The notes below the pieces were generated by a model, which was not told where the DNA came from, ran no database searches, and saw nothing but the letters and a program-made list of their open reading frames with translations. The position numbers were made by a program, and so were the translations under genes. From an uncultured Gemmatimonadota bacterium (GTDB taxonomy: Bacteria > GCA-2686955), in contig CAZBBK010000012.1 in the NCBI GenBank assembly GCA_964490075.1, positions 1 to 64,000 of the forward strand: 64,000 nucleotides of DNA, read 5' to 3'. Of this stretch, positions 19,651-29,434 are shown one piece after another. Within the stretch, counting starts at the first letter, position 1. Every line of letters starts with the position of its first letter.

Positions 19651-20696
19651 CTCCGATGGTTGTCGATTCGCTCCAGGGTCGATCCATAAACTACCTGCTG
19701 CACCCCTCTGGTGGAGAGGAAATCGTGCGGGAAGCCGAGCTCGATGCGGGTGGCTTCAGCGAGGCGTTCGAGATGCTCGTCGTCGAGCTCGAAGGCGTAG
19801 GCGGCGAGGTTCTCCTCGGCCTGGGCGAGGCTGCGTGCGCCGATGATCGGGATCATCACGCCGGAGCCTCTGCCGCGCAGCCAGTTGAGGGCCACTTGAG
19901 AGGGTCGGCGACCGATCTCCTGGGCAATCTCGTCGACCACCGCGGCGATGCGCAGATTGCGCTCGGTGAGCAACGAGTCGCCCCAGGCTCCTGTCGAGAA
20001 GCGCGTGCCCGCCGGGCGCGGCACGCCGCTGCGGTACTTCCCGGTGAGCACGCCGCCGCCCAGCGGCGCCCAGGCGGTGACCGCGATGTCGAGGGCGTCG
20101 GCCATCGGGATCAGCTCGCGCTCCGCGCTGCGCTCGATCAGGCTGTACTGAATCTGCAGCCCCGCGAAGGGGCTCCAGCCGCGGGCATCGGCCAGCGTGT
20201 TGGCCTGTGACACGATCCACGCCGGTGCGTCGGAGATGCCGACGTAGAGCACCTTGCCGGAGCGCACCAAGTCGTCGAGGGCGCGCATCAGCTCGTCGAG
20301 GGGCGTCATGAAGTCCCAGGCGTGCACCCAATAGAGGTCGATGTAGTCGGTGCCCAGGCGCTCGAGACTGGCGTGCAGCGCCTGGACCATGCTCTTGCGG
20401 TGGTTGCCGCCGCCGTTGGGGTCGTCGGGCCGGCCGTTGAGGGTGTACTTGGTGGCCAGCACGAAGCGCTCGCGTCGGCCGGCGATCAGCTCGCCGACGA
20501 TCCGCTCGCTGGAGCCGCCGGTGTAGTGGTTGGCGGTGTCGATGAAGTTGCCGCCGGCTTCCGCGTAGGCGTCGAGAATCTTGGCGCTCTCTTCTTTCGA
20601 AGCGCCCCATCCCCAATCCTCTCCGCAGGTCATCGCGCCGAGACAGATCTCCGATACGCGCAGGCCGGTTCGTCCAAAGAGCTTGTAGCGCATCAT
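19647..20696 (-). CDS. Aldo/keto reductase
   Basis: GLRVSEICLGAM, GGNFIDTANHY, LATKY, DYIDLYWVH, GKVLYVGISD. Confidence 0.95.
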   Translation of the reverse strand: MMRYKLFGRTGLRVSEICLGAMTCGEDWGWGASKEESAKILDAYAEAGGNFIDTANHYTGGSSERIVGELIAGRRERFVLATKYTLNGRPDDPNGGGNHRKSMVQALHASLERLGTDYIDLYWVHAWDFMTPLDELMRALDDLVRSGKVLYVGISDAPAWIVSQANTLADARGWSPFAGLQIQYSLIERSAERELIPMADALDIAVTAWAPLGGGVLTGKYRSGVPRPAGTRFSTGAWGDSLLTERNLRIAAVVDEIAQEIGRRPSQVALNWLRGRGSGVMIPIIGARSLAQAEENLAAYAFELDDEHLERLAEATRIELGFPHDFLSTRGVQQVVYGSTLERIDNHRR

Positions 20697-20708
20697 GCAG
20701 CGTTCCTC

Positions 20709-21566
20709 TCAGCCCGCGAAAGCGTCGATATGGTCGTTCAGGAATCGGTCGAGGTTGCGGGCGGGCGCGCCGGTGACCTCCTCGACAGTGGGGTAGACCT
20801 CGGCGGCGTGGCCGGCGGCGAACACCTCCATCAGCTTCAACAGGTCGTCGGTCAACCACTCGGGGACCCCCGAGGCGATCATGTTGTCGCGAGCGGTGGC
20901 CGGGGGGGCGTCGACATAGTCGACCGGCTTGCCGAGCAGGACGCCGAGCTTGGCGGCGACCTGGTCCATCGACAGCGCCTCGGGGCCAGTGAGGGTGTAG
21001 GTCTGGCCCGCATGGCCATCGGTGGTGAGCACGTTGCGCGCGACCGCGGCGATGTCGCGGGCGTCGATCATGCTGATCCGCCCGTCGCGCATCGGCAGGT
21101 AGAAAGCTCCCAGGTTGGCGATGGTCGGGGCGTGCATGAAGAGGGACTGCATGAACAGGGTGGGACGCAGATGGGTGAAGGGGATGCCCGAGTCCTCGAT
21201 CTCCCGCTCGGTCTGGGCGTGCATGCGGGCCAGGCCGATGGGGGAGTCGTGATGTGCGCCCAGCGCCCCCATCTTGACGATATGGTCGACGCCGGCCCGG
21301 CGCGCCGCCTCGATCGCGTTGCGCTGCAGCTCCACCTGGCGCGGATCGGGCGAGCAGAGCAGGAAGAGCTTGTGCACTCCTCTCAGCGCCGCGTCGAGCG
21401 AGCTCGTATCGCTCAGATCTCCCTGGGCGATCTCCACGTTGGGCCCGGCGATCGCGCGCGCCTTGTCGAGGCTGCGCACGAGAGCCTTGACGGAGGTGCC
21501 CTCGTGCGCGAGCTGGCGGACCAGCTCGCTGCCGGTGGTGCCGGTGGCTCCGGTTACCAGGATCAT
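20709..21566 (-). CDS. NmrA-like atypical SDR, NAD(P)H-binding oxidoreductase
   Basis: MILVTGATGTTG, LRPTLFMQ, IDARDIA, YTLTGPEAL. Confidence 0.9.
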   Translation of the reverse strand: MILVTGATGTTGSELVRQLAHEGTSVKALVRSLDKARAIAGPNVEIAQGDLSDTSSLDAALRGVHKLFLLCSPDPRQVELQRNAIEAARRAGVDHIVKMGALGAHHDSPIGLARMHAQTEREIEDSGIPFTHLRPTLFMQSLFMHAPTIANLGAFYLPMRDGRISMIDARDIAAVARNVLTTDGHAGQTYTLTGPEALSMDQVAAKLGVLLGKPVDYVDAPPATARDNMIASGVPEWLTDDLLKLMEVFAAGHAAEVYPTVEEVTGAPARNLDRFLNDHIDAFAG

Positions 21567-21806
21567 GTCACGGCTCCTTCGGATAATCGCTCCCGGACGG
21601 CCCGCGATGCGTCTCGATCGCGCCTCCGCTGAGCGTGGATGGGGTCATCGTCGCCATGATGGGGCCTGGGGCGCGTGTGTCAATCGTGGGGAGCGATCAA
21701 CCGGCGCCTGGTGTCGCCGGGTGAATGTGAATGGGTCTCGGGCCCAGGTGGTCGGCCCGCGCCGAGACTTGCACCGAGGCACCATCGCCCCTAGGGTCCC
21801 TTTTCC

Positions 21807-24359
21807 ATGAAGATCGTGCGCGCCGCCGCTTCCGTTGCCATTGGGCTCATGCTGCTCGGGGGCGGTTCCGCGGCATGGGCCAAGGCGCCGAGCGCGCCGG
21901 CAACCTCGGCCGCCGAGCGCGCCGTCGCGCGGATGCTCGACTCGACCCTCGAGCACGGCGAGCGGGTGGCGGCCGCGCACGAGCTGGCGCGCGAGCCGCG
22001 CATGCCGCGCGCGCTGCTCGACGGGCTCTGCGGACCTCGCTCGATGGTGCTCTTCGAGCTGATCGAAACGACCCTGCGAACGGTTCCCGCCCAGCGCCGC
22101 GATCTCTTTCTGGGCGAGGCTCTGCTCGACTACCTGCGGCACTGTCCCTGTCCCCTCACCACGCGGCCGGTAAACGTGCTGGCCGAGATCGGCGACACAC
22201 TCGGCATCGGCCGCTCCGCGGACTGGCCGGAGCCGGCGCGCTGGGTCGAGGTGCTGCCCGAGCAGCTCGATCGCGGCGTGTTGCGCACCGGAGAGCTGGG
22301 CTTTTTCGATACCGAGTGGCTGCTCGACACCGCAAGCTGGCGCCAGGAGCGCGATGCCTGGGCGAGGAGGATCTCCGAGCGCCATATTCGGCGGATCACC
22401 CCGCGTCCTCGTCACATCCCGCCCACGCCCGTGCGCGCCTGCGAGGAGCTGCATCTCGATCTGGTCGATGCCGCGAACTATCTCTGCCTGCCGGTGCGGC
22501 CGGCGGAGGAGCGCGCGCTGTGGCTGGTGCGGGGCAGCGTCGGCAGGTTGATGCACGAAGCGATCTGCGTGGTGTTCGAGAGCGGCTTCCTCGATTCTTC
22601 GCCGCGCTCGGTGGCGACAGTCCTGGCGGCCTTTCCAACCTCGCCGAGCATCGACTGCCTGGGCGAAGGCTGGACGCAGCCTTCACTCGATGCCCTGACA
22701 CGGGCGGCGCGCGCCTGGGCGGTGATCAACGTCGCGGACGATCGTTTCACCGCCGGTCGCATGGAGGCTTTGTGGCGCCGGGCGGAGGCGCTGGCCGCCG
22801 GAGGCGAGGGCCAGAGGGACCGATCCTGGGGCGGCGATCCGGGCCTGCTGCTGCGGCGCTTCGGCCTGCCGGTGTTGGTGCTCTTGCTGGTCGGCGTGGC
22901 CTGGATGTTGCTGCGTCCCGGCATGCGCCGTCGAATCGCGAACGCACACGAGCGCCACGCGGCGCGGCTGCGCGTGGGGTTCGGACAGGCACTGCGCGGG
23001 GCGATCGTCATGTGTGTGCTGCTGGCCCTGCTCGAGGGACTGTGCCGCGTGACCGGCTGGGGCAACGTACCGATCGTCGGCGACGTGAGCGGGCTGATCG
23101 ACGAGCGCGATCCGATCTTCACGCCGCGGAGCGATTCGGGCGACACGGTTGTCTTCGCCGGCGCGGAGGTCTTCGGATCGATGCCGGTCGATTGGGGCAC
23201 GCTGGAGCTGAGGGTGCCGAAGCCGGCGCGCACCTTTCGCGTCGCCCTCTTCGGTGGTTCCTCGGTCTACGGCTCCGGCGTGCGTCGCGAGGAGACCTTC
23301 GGGCGCCGTCTCGAGGAGCTAATTCGCGAGGCGCTGCCCGGGCATCGGATCGAGGTCTACAACCTCGGCGTTCCGGCCTGGGGCATGCGCAGCATCCTGC
23401 CGCTGATCGAGGAGCTCCTGGAGCTCGACCCCGACCTGATCTGTCTCTACACCGGTCACAACGAGCTGCTCGCCCAGGAGGGGCGGCGCATGGTGCTGTC
23501 GATCCCGCGGCCGCTCCTGGAGGCGCGCGCCCGTCTGCGGCGCTCCGCCCTCTTTCTGTCGCTGCAGCGGGGGCTGCTGGCGGCCCGCGATCGTTGGTTC
23601 GGCGGTGCCGAGGGCGCTTCTCCCGGAGGCGTGCTGATTCGCGTCCGCGACGCCGGTCCGGCGGAATGGGATTCGATGTCGATGGAAGAGCGACGCACGC
23701 GAGCCTGGAAGACCGCGCAGGTGGCGGAGCTGATCTTCGAAGCGGCGCTGGACCGGGCGGCGGCGCGCTGCGCGGAGCGCGCCGTGCCGCTGGTGCTCTG
23801 CGTTCCACCCAGTGACTTGACCGACATGGCGCGGCTTTCGCTGCACCATCACGCGCTGACCGATGATCAGCAAACGCGCTGGAGCGCCCACGCCGCCCGC
23901 GGGCTTGCGCTGGCCGATTCGTTCCACTACGCCGCGGCGTGGGACGAGCTCAGCGCCGCGCTGGCGATCGACGACAGCTATGCGCGGGTCACCTGGAAGG
24001 CGGGAATCTGCGCGCGCGAGCTGGGCTTGTCGCAGGCGCGCGAGCTGCTGGAGCGCTCGCGCGACAGCGGCGGCCTGAGCTACAGAATTCCCTCCGCGCT
24101 GATGGAGACGATGCGCTTGGTGGCGCGCCGCCGGCACCTGCCCCTGGTCGATTTCGACCGCCTCTTCGCGGCCGAGTCAGAAGACGGCATCACCGACGGC
24201 CGGCTCCTGGTCGACCACGTGCATCCCAACCCGGAAGGGCACCAGCTGATCGCGCGGGAGATCTTCAGCACGCTGCGGCGGCATCGGCTCTTGCCCGACT
24301 CCGCCGGGGCGGTGAGCGTTGCAGAATCGTCTCCGCCGCCAGCCAGGCGAGGGCCATGA
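21807..24359 (+). CDS. Membrane protein: novel N-terminal exported domain, TMs and SGNH/GDSL hydrolase with TPR-like insert
   Basis: Signal peptide; two TMs; SGNH blocks FGGSSVYG, NLGVPAWG, YTGHNE, DHVHPN. Confidence 0.75.
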   Translation: MKIVRAAASVAIGLMLLGGGSAAWAKAPSAPATSAAERAVARMLDSTLEHGERVAAAHELAREPRMPRALLDGLCGPRSMVLFELIETTLRTVPAQRRDLFLGEALLDYLRHCPCPLTTRPVNVLAEIGDTLGIGRSADWPEPARWVEVLPEQLDRGVLRTGELGFFDTEWLLDTASWRQERDAWARRISERHIRRITPRPRHIPPTPVRACEELHLDLVDAANYLCLPVRPAEERALWLVRGSVGRLMHEAICVVFESGFLDSSPRSVATVLAAFPTSPSIDCLGEGWTQPSLDALTRAARAWAVINVADDRFTAGRMEALWRRAEALAAGGEGQRDRSWGGDPGLLLRRFGLPVLVLLLVGVAWMLLRPGMRRRIANAHERHAARLRVGFGQALRGAIVMCVLLALLEGLCRVTGWGNVPIVGDVSGLIDERDPIFTPRSDSGDTVVFAGAEVFGSMPVDWGTLELRVPKPARTFRVALFGGSSVYGSGVRREETFGRRLEELIREALPGHRIEVYNLGVPAWGMRSILPLIEELLELDPDLICLYTGHNELLAQEGRRMVLSIPRPLLEARARLRRSALFLSLQRGLLAARDRWFGGAEGASPGGVLIRVRDAGPAEWDSMSMEERRTRAWKTAQVAELIFEAALDRAAARCAERAVPLVLCVPPSDLTDMARLSLHHHALTDDQQTRWSAHAARGLALADSFHYAAAWDELSAALAIDDSYARVTWKAGICARELGLSQARELLERSRDSGGLSYRIPSALMETMRLVARRRHLPLVDFDRLFAAESEDGITDGRLLVDHVHPNPEGHQLIAREIFSTLRRHRLLPDSAGAVSVAESSPPPARRGP

Positions 24360-25812
24360 TCGAAAGCTGTGGATTGACGCCGAGATTGGTCGGGAAGACC
24401 GAGGAATCGACCACGTAGAGGTCGCGCAGATCGTGGGTCTCGAAGTGCGGCGAGACCACGGATGTGCGGGGATCGGAACCCATGCGGCAGGTACCGAAGT
24501 GGTGGGTGGCGACCAGAGTGAGCTGCTTGGGGCGCAGCGGCTCGCGATCGAAGACCGAGAGCTCGTCGGGGGAGCGCAAAGCCGGCGGCAGACCGTGAAT
24601 CCCCAGCAGCACCTCGCGCGCTCCGGCGGCGAAGTGGATCTCGCAGCTAAGGCGCAGGCCGCGGGTGAGCCGCTCGATGTCCCAGTCGGTGAGCGAGTAA
24701 CGGATCAATGAGCGATGGCCGCCGGCCAGCCGCACCCGGCCCTGGGCCCGCGCCCGCACCTGGGCCGCGATCACGCTCATGTGGCGGTAGCGCGCGAGAT
24801 TCGCCATCAGTCGCTCGCCGACCCCCGGTAGCCGCGCCGCCGCCAGCTCGGGCGGCAGCCCCAGTGTCTCCAGCTTGAAGCCCTGGGAACGGAACGCGGC
24901 GCATTCGTAGCCCTGGGTGGCGCCCCTCCACACCTGTACCTCATCGTCGAAGACCCCGACCACACCGGCGCCGGGATGGGCCTGGAAATGCGCTCCGAGC
25001 CGCCCCGACGAGCCGCCGATGCCGCTGCGCAGCAGGAGCAGCGGCGACTGAATGGCGCTCGCCGCCACCAGCACTCCCTTGCGGGCGCGCAGGTGCAGCG
25101 GCTGGAGTGCGCGCCGGCTCACCGGGTCGAGAAATGTCGCGACCAGGCCGCGCGCCCGGCCCTGCTCGCTCATGATCCGCTCGGCGCGGCAATGGGCATA
25201 GATGCGGGCGCCGTCGCGCACCGCGCGCGGCAGAAAATTTAGGTCCATCGACTGCTTGGCCTGGTTCGGGCAGCCTTGCAGGCAACGCCCCGAGCCGCGG
25301 CAATCGCGCTCGGCGCGATCGATGCGCCGTCCCTCGATCCCGAGCGCGCGACAACCTTGCTCCATCAAAGTGTTGTGTGCTCCCATCGCGGCGTCGGTCA
25401 CCGGACCGATGGGGATTTCGGCGGCGATCCGGTCGGTGCAGCGCTCGACGTCGGCGTGGCTGAACGCGGCGGCGATGCCCGAGTCGCGCGACCAGAGATC
25501 GATCACGTCCTCGGGCATGCGCCACATGATCGCGGAGTTGATCACCGAGGTGCCGCCGACCGCGCAGCCTTGCAGGAGCGGGATCAGGGCGCTGCCGAAG
25601 GCGGCGGTCGAGCCGAGATCGCGCCAGGCGCCCTTCATGGTTCGGTAGAGCGGCGTGGTGCGTCGCTCCTTCCCCCACGGGCCGCCCTCCTCCACGATGA
25701 CGACCTCTTCGCCGGCCGCCGCCAGCACCCGGGCCGCGGAAGCGCCGGCCGGGCCCGATCCCACGATGATGTAGTCGCACTGGTCCGCCGCGGGGCGTTC
25801 GCTCATGATCAT
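24265..25812 (-). CDS. GMC-family flavin oxidoreductase
   Basis: DYIIVGSGPAG, GCAVGGTSVINS, CRGSGRCLQGC, HHFGTCRMG, VVDSSVFPTNLGVNPQLSIMA. Start at 25812 or 25806. Confidence 0.92.
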   Translation of the reverse strand: MIMSERPAADQCDYIIVGSGPAGASAARVLAAAGEEVVIVEEGGPWGKERRTTPLYRTMKGAWRDLGSTAAFGSALIPLLQGCAVGGTSVINSAIMWRMPEDVIDLWSRDSGIAAAFSHADVERCTDRIAAEIPIGPVTDAAMGAHNTLMEQGCRALGIEGRRIDRAERDCRGSGRCLQGCPNQAKQSMDLNFLPRAVRDGARIYAHCRAERIMSEQGRARGLVATFLDPVSRRALQPLHLRARKGVLVAASAIQSPLLLLRSGIGGSSGRLGAHFQAHPGAGVVGVFDDEVQVWRGATQGYECAAFRSQGFKLETLGLPPELAAARLPGVGERLMANLARYRHMSVIAAQVRARAQGRVRLAGGHRSLIRYSLTDWDIERLTRGLRLSCEIHFAAGAREVLLGIHGLPPALRSPDELSVFDREPLRPKQLTLVATHHFGTCRMGSDPRTSVVSPHFETHDLRDLYVVDSSVFPTNLGVNPQLSIMALAWLAAETILQRSPPRRSRARADAAAAC

Positions 25813-26225
25813 GGCGCACCTTCGATCGGTGGGGTGGCGTCTTCGTGCTCCACGCCGAACTGTCGCTGGACCTCCGGGAAGCCCAGAAAACCCGTGCCGG
25901 CGATCATCTTGATCAGCGTCACGGTTTGGCGCAGGGCGTAGACGCGGCTTGCATACAGTTGTTCGAGCAGCTTCCGGCGCTGGTCGGTGGAGAGGGCGCG
26001 GAAGGTGCGCGGGCGGCCCAGCATCAAGAGCGGCATCAGGAGGTAGATCAGCGCCAGCGTCACCCGGTAGAGCAGCGCGACGAGCGCCGGGCAAGCGGCG
26101 ACCTGGTCGGCGTAGAAGCGCCCCATCGGCACCTCGCTCGCGCCGATCGGAGCGTCTTCGGTGACCGGGAAAAGAGCCTCGAAGATGGTCTCGGCCCAAC
26201 CGATCTCGCGTCTGGTTGGTTGCAT
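25809..26225 (-). CDS. Small GMC-associated protein (gluconate 2-dehydrogenase subunit-3-like)
   Basis: MQPTRRE...PRTFRALSTDQRRKLLEQL...PEVQRQFG; overlaps the GMC gene start. Confidence 0.6.
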   Translation of the reverse strand: MQPTRREIGWAETIFEALFPVTEDAPIGASEVPMGRFYADQVAACPALVALLYRVTLALIYLLMPLLMLGRPRTFRALSTDQRRKLLEQLYASRVYALRQTVTLIKMIAGTGFLGFPEVQRQFGVEHEDATPPIEGAP

Positions 26226-26656
26226 CAGCGAATCCTCAGGGTGTGGTACGCGGCGCGCGCGAAGTAGACCATGGCGGCCATGGTCAATCCGTCGAAGAGG
26301 AAAGCGACGAGAAAGAGCGGGAAAGGGAGCAATAATAGATAGACGCCCAGGAAGCCGAAGGCGGAGCAGCCTTTCAGAAACACCAGCGGCACCAGAGTCG
26401 GATAGTAGCGGCGCAGATCGAGAAGCAGGAGCCCACACATGAATCCGAGTGTCATGACGTTGCCGGCACCGAGGATGCGCCAGTAGAGGCTGGTCTCCGG
26501 ATGAGGGTAGTCGCGGCCGCCGAAGAGCTCGGCCACACCGAGCAACGAGGACCAGGCCAGCTCGGGCGCGAAGAGATAGGCGAAGGCCGGAATGATGAAG
26601 TTCAGGGCCAGGATCGTGTAGACGATTCGGAAGTTGCGCAGTGCGGTGTCGTTCAT
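26225..26656 (-). CDS. Small four-TM membrane protein
   Basis: MNDTALRNFRIVYTILALNFIIPAFAYLF...; hydrophobic and coupled to both neighbours. Confidence 0.75.
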   Translation of the reverse strand: MNDTALRNFRIVYTILALNFIIPAFAYLFAPELAWSSLLGVAELFGGRDYPHPETSLYWRILGAGNVMTLGFMCGLLLLDLRRYYPTLVPLVFLKGCSAFGFLGVYLLLLPFPLFLVAFLFDGLTMAAMVYFARAAYHTLRIR

Positions 26657-27417
26657 CGTGGGTCTGCCTCTGGATCGGAAGATGTCCGGGCGGCGAGCGA
26701 GGCGAGCAGCGCTTCGTCCATCGCCCGCAGTCCTTCGCTCACCGCCGCCCGTGCCGCCGGCCCCTCCCGGGCCGCGATCAGGCCGATCACCAGCTCGTAG
26801 AACTGGAGGTTGTTGCGCCGGTGCAAGATCATCGATTCGACCATGCTCGGAATCGAGTCGACGGTGCGCAGCACGGTGTTGAAGGTCAGCTCCACCGCTA
26901 GGTTCTTGCAGCAGCCGAGCACCAGGCGGGTGAATCGGATGTCTCCTTCGGCGAAGGCGGCGGGGTCGTCGACGTGCTTCGCCTGGGCCGCGGCCTGCTT
27001 CCGCAGAGCGCTCAGATCGCCCGGGCCGGCCCGCTCGCAGGCCAGCTCCACCATGTTGGCGGCCAGGATCCGGCGCACCTCGAGAACGTCGCGCAGGAGC
27101 TCGGTCCAGGCCGCGGTGATTCGGCCCTCTTCGTCCCGCTGGACCCGCAGCAGCGCGGGCAAGAGGTCGAGGCTGCCGGAGATCCGGAAATCCTGGACCT
27201 CGGTCCCCATGCCCTGCTGCACCCGCACCAGTCCGTGGCTGCTCAGGCTCTTGATCGCCTCGCGGATGGTCAGCCGGCTGAAGCCGAAGGCCTCGGCGAG
27301 CTCGCCCTCGGCCGGGAGCAGCTCCCCAGGCGAAAGCCGCCCGCCGAGAATCCGTTTCCGAAGCTCGGCGGCCACGGTCTCGGCCGCGCTCGGGCGTTTG
27401 CCGCGGGATGAGGTCAT
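26653..27417 (-). CDS. GntR/FadR-family transcriptional regulator
   Basis: PGELLPAEGELAEAFGFSRLTIREAIKSL...GTEV winged HTH and FCD-like C-terminus. Confidence 0.93.
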   Translation of the reverse strand: MTSSRGKRPSAAETVAAELRKRILGGRLSPGELLPAEGELAEAFGFSRLTIREAIKSLSSHGLVRVQQGMGTEVQDFRISGSLDLLPALLRVQRDEEGRITAAWTELLRDVLEVRRILAANMVELACERAGPGDLSALRKQAAAQAKHVDDPAAFAEGDIRFTRLVLGCCKNLAVELTFNTVLRTVDSIPSMVESMILHRRNNLQFYELVIGLIAAREGPAARAAVSEGLRAMDEALLASLAARTSSDPEADPR

Positions 27418-27437
27418 CGGGTGGTCCGGCAGGGATC

Positions 27438-27459
27438 AAACATCAGATGTCTGATGTTT
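27438..27459. promoter_or_regulatory. Perfect palindrome, probable GntR/FadR operator
   Basis: AAACATCAGA-TG-TCTGATGTTT, 20 bp upstream of the regulator start. Confidence 0.75.
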
Positions 27460-27518
27460 AGAACGATTCCCGGGCGCTGTCAAGGGGAAAAAAGGCCGGG
27501 CCGGTCAGAGCTAGCCCC

Positions 27519-29057
27519 CTACCACGAAGTCCCCAGCTCCCCGATCTCCGCCTCGACCGCGTCGAGCACTTCGCAGCGCTCCACCGCCGCCTTCATGTGG
27601 TTGTGGTCGGTGAAGAGCGGGCGGTCCTCGCCCAGGTGCTCGACCACCCGGCGGATCGCCGCGTGGGCGGCGCGGGTGCCGGCGCCGAACTCGAAATCGC
27701 GGAAGTCGAGCGCCTGGGCCGCGGCGATCAGCTCGATACCCACGACTCCCCGGGCGTTGTCGAGGATCGACAGGGTCTTCAGCGCGCCGTTCATCCCCAT
27801 GCTCACGAAGTCTTCCTGGTCGGCCGCGGCCGGGATCGACTGGATGAAGGCGGGGGCGCTCAGGATGCGCTGCTCGACCACCAGGGAATCGGCGGTGTAC
27901 TGGCTGAGCATGAGGCCCGAGAACATCCCGGCGCCCTTGGTGAGAAAGGCCGGAAGCTGCACGCTGAGGGCCGGATGGAGCAGCCGATTCAGGCGCCTCT
28001 CGGAGAGCACCGAGACCATGGTGATGCCCGCGCCGGTCGAGTCGAGGGGCATGCTGACGGGGGTGGCCTGGAAGTTGGCGCCGGTCAGCACCAGGTCTTC
28101 GTCGGGCAGGAAGACCGGGTTGTCGGCCGCGCCGTTGAGCTCGATCTCGACCTGCTCGCGGGTGTAGCGCATCAGGTCGCGCACCGCTCCCACCACCTGC
28201 GGCGTGGAGCGCATCGAGTAGGCGTCCTGCACCTTGACCTTCAGCTTGCCGGTGACCAGGTCGGAGCCCTCCATGACGCGACGCAGGTTGGCCGCGACGG
28301 TGACGGCGCCGCGGAAGCCGCGCAGCTCGTGGAGCTGCGAGGTGTAGGGGCGGGTGTTGGCCTGCAGCGCCTCGAGGCTCATCGCCGCGGCGATCTCGGC
28401 CTGCTTGATCCAGCGTTCGGCGTCGTGCAGGAAGAGCGCGGTGATGCCGGCGATCACGTTGGAGCCATTGATCGCCGAGAGGCCGTCGCGGGCCTCGAGC
28501 CCGGGAACGGGGATTCCAGCCTTGTCCAGCGCGTCGCGGGTCGGCATGCGCTCGCCCTGGTAGAAGCTCTCGCCCTCGCCCATCAGGCTGAGCGCGACCT
28601 GCGACATCGGCGCCAGGTCGCCGCAGGCGCCGACGCTGCCCTTGACGCACATCACCGGGGTGACGCCGGCGTTGAGCATCGCAACGTAGGTGAGGGGGAT
28701 CTCGGGCCGGCAGCCGGAGTGACCGAGGCAGTGCATGTTGACGCGGCTGAGCATCGCCGCGCGCACGTGCTCGAGCGGGGCCGGCTCGCCGATGCCGGCG
28801 GCGTGGTTGTAGATCAGGTAGCGCTGGAACTGCTCCACCTGATCGTCGGAGAGGACCACCTCGGAGAGCTCGCCGATGCCGGTGTTGATGCCGTACATGA
28901 TCTCACGGGCGGCGATCTTGCCCTCGAGCATCGCCCGGCAGCGCTTGATGCGTTCGATGGCGGCCGGGTCGATGCCGACCTTGGCGCCCCTCCGCGCAAC
29001 CGCCACCACGTCGTCGATGGTCAGGCCTTTTTCGTTCAATCTCACCGGCGTTGCCAC
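27519..29057 (-). CDS. Histidine/aromatic amino-acid ammonia-lyase family (MIO enzyme)
   Basis: YGINTGIG, GSVGACGDLAP, QDAYSMRSTPQV, DNP, QEDFVSMG. GTG start at 29057 follows a CAGGAGA RBS. Substrate uncertain, so no hutH symbol is given. Confidence 0.9.
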   Translation of the reverse strand: MATPVRLNEKGLTIDDVVAVARRGAKVGIDPAAIERIKRCRAMLEGKIAAREIMYGINTGIGELSEVVLSDDQVEQFQRYLIYNHAAGIGEPAPLEHVRAAMLSRVNMHCLGHSGCRPEIPLTYVAMLNAGVTPVMCVKGSVGACGDLAPMSQVALSLMGEGESFYQGERMPTRDALDKAGIPVPGLEARDGLSAINGSNVIAGITALFLHDAERWIKQAEIAAAMSLEALQANTRPYTSQLHELRGFRGAVTVAANLRRVMEGSDLVTGKLKVKVQDAYSMRSTPQVVGAVRDLMRYTREQVEIELNGAADNPVFLPDEDLVLTGANFQATPVSMPLDSTGAGITMVSVLSERRLNRLLHPALSVQLPAFLTKGAGMFSGLMLSQYTADSLVVEQRILSAPAFIQSIPAAADQEDFVSMGMNGALKTLSILDNARGVVGIELIAAAQALDFRDFEFGAGTRAAHAAIRRVVEHLGEDRPLFTDHNHMKAAVERCEVLDAVEAEIGELGTSW

Positions 29058-29168
29058 GGGTCGGGTCTCCTGGGATTGGGGGGGAAGGGGAAGCAACAAC
29101 CGCTCATGATAGCGCGTTGGGACCGGTGAGGTTCCGGTATCGGACGGCTGCTCGTTGCGCCCCGTGGC

Positions 29169-29321
29169 TCACCAGGCGTGGGGGCGTTCGCGCAGGAGCG
29201 GGAAGTCTCCGCGACGGGTCAGCAGCCAGCGGTCCAGGTCGAGGGCGGGCCGGCCCTCCGGCTGGCGCGGGAGCAGCTCGTGCAAGCCCGGCTGCAGCGC
29301 CGCCGAGCCCGTTCCCCCCAT
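29169..29321 (-). pseudogene. Probable 3' remnant of a gene ending in a carbohydrate-binding-like strand pair
   Basis: ...LQPGLHELLPRQPEGRPALDLDRWLLTRRGDFP...W* with host-like codons; no convincing upstream part. Confidence 0.35.
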
Positions 29322-29434
29322 CGTCTTCGACCTGCACTTCGGGCTGCGTCGAAACGACGACGGACACCAAGTGCATTCGCCTACGTGAACCGGTTCCCTT
29401 GGCTACCGACGGGAAGCTCGAGAACTTCCTTGCC

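Noticed and set aside
27519-29057. Naming the lyase hutH
   Set aside because: Specificity motifs deviate and no hutU/I/G genes are adjacent.
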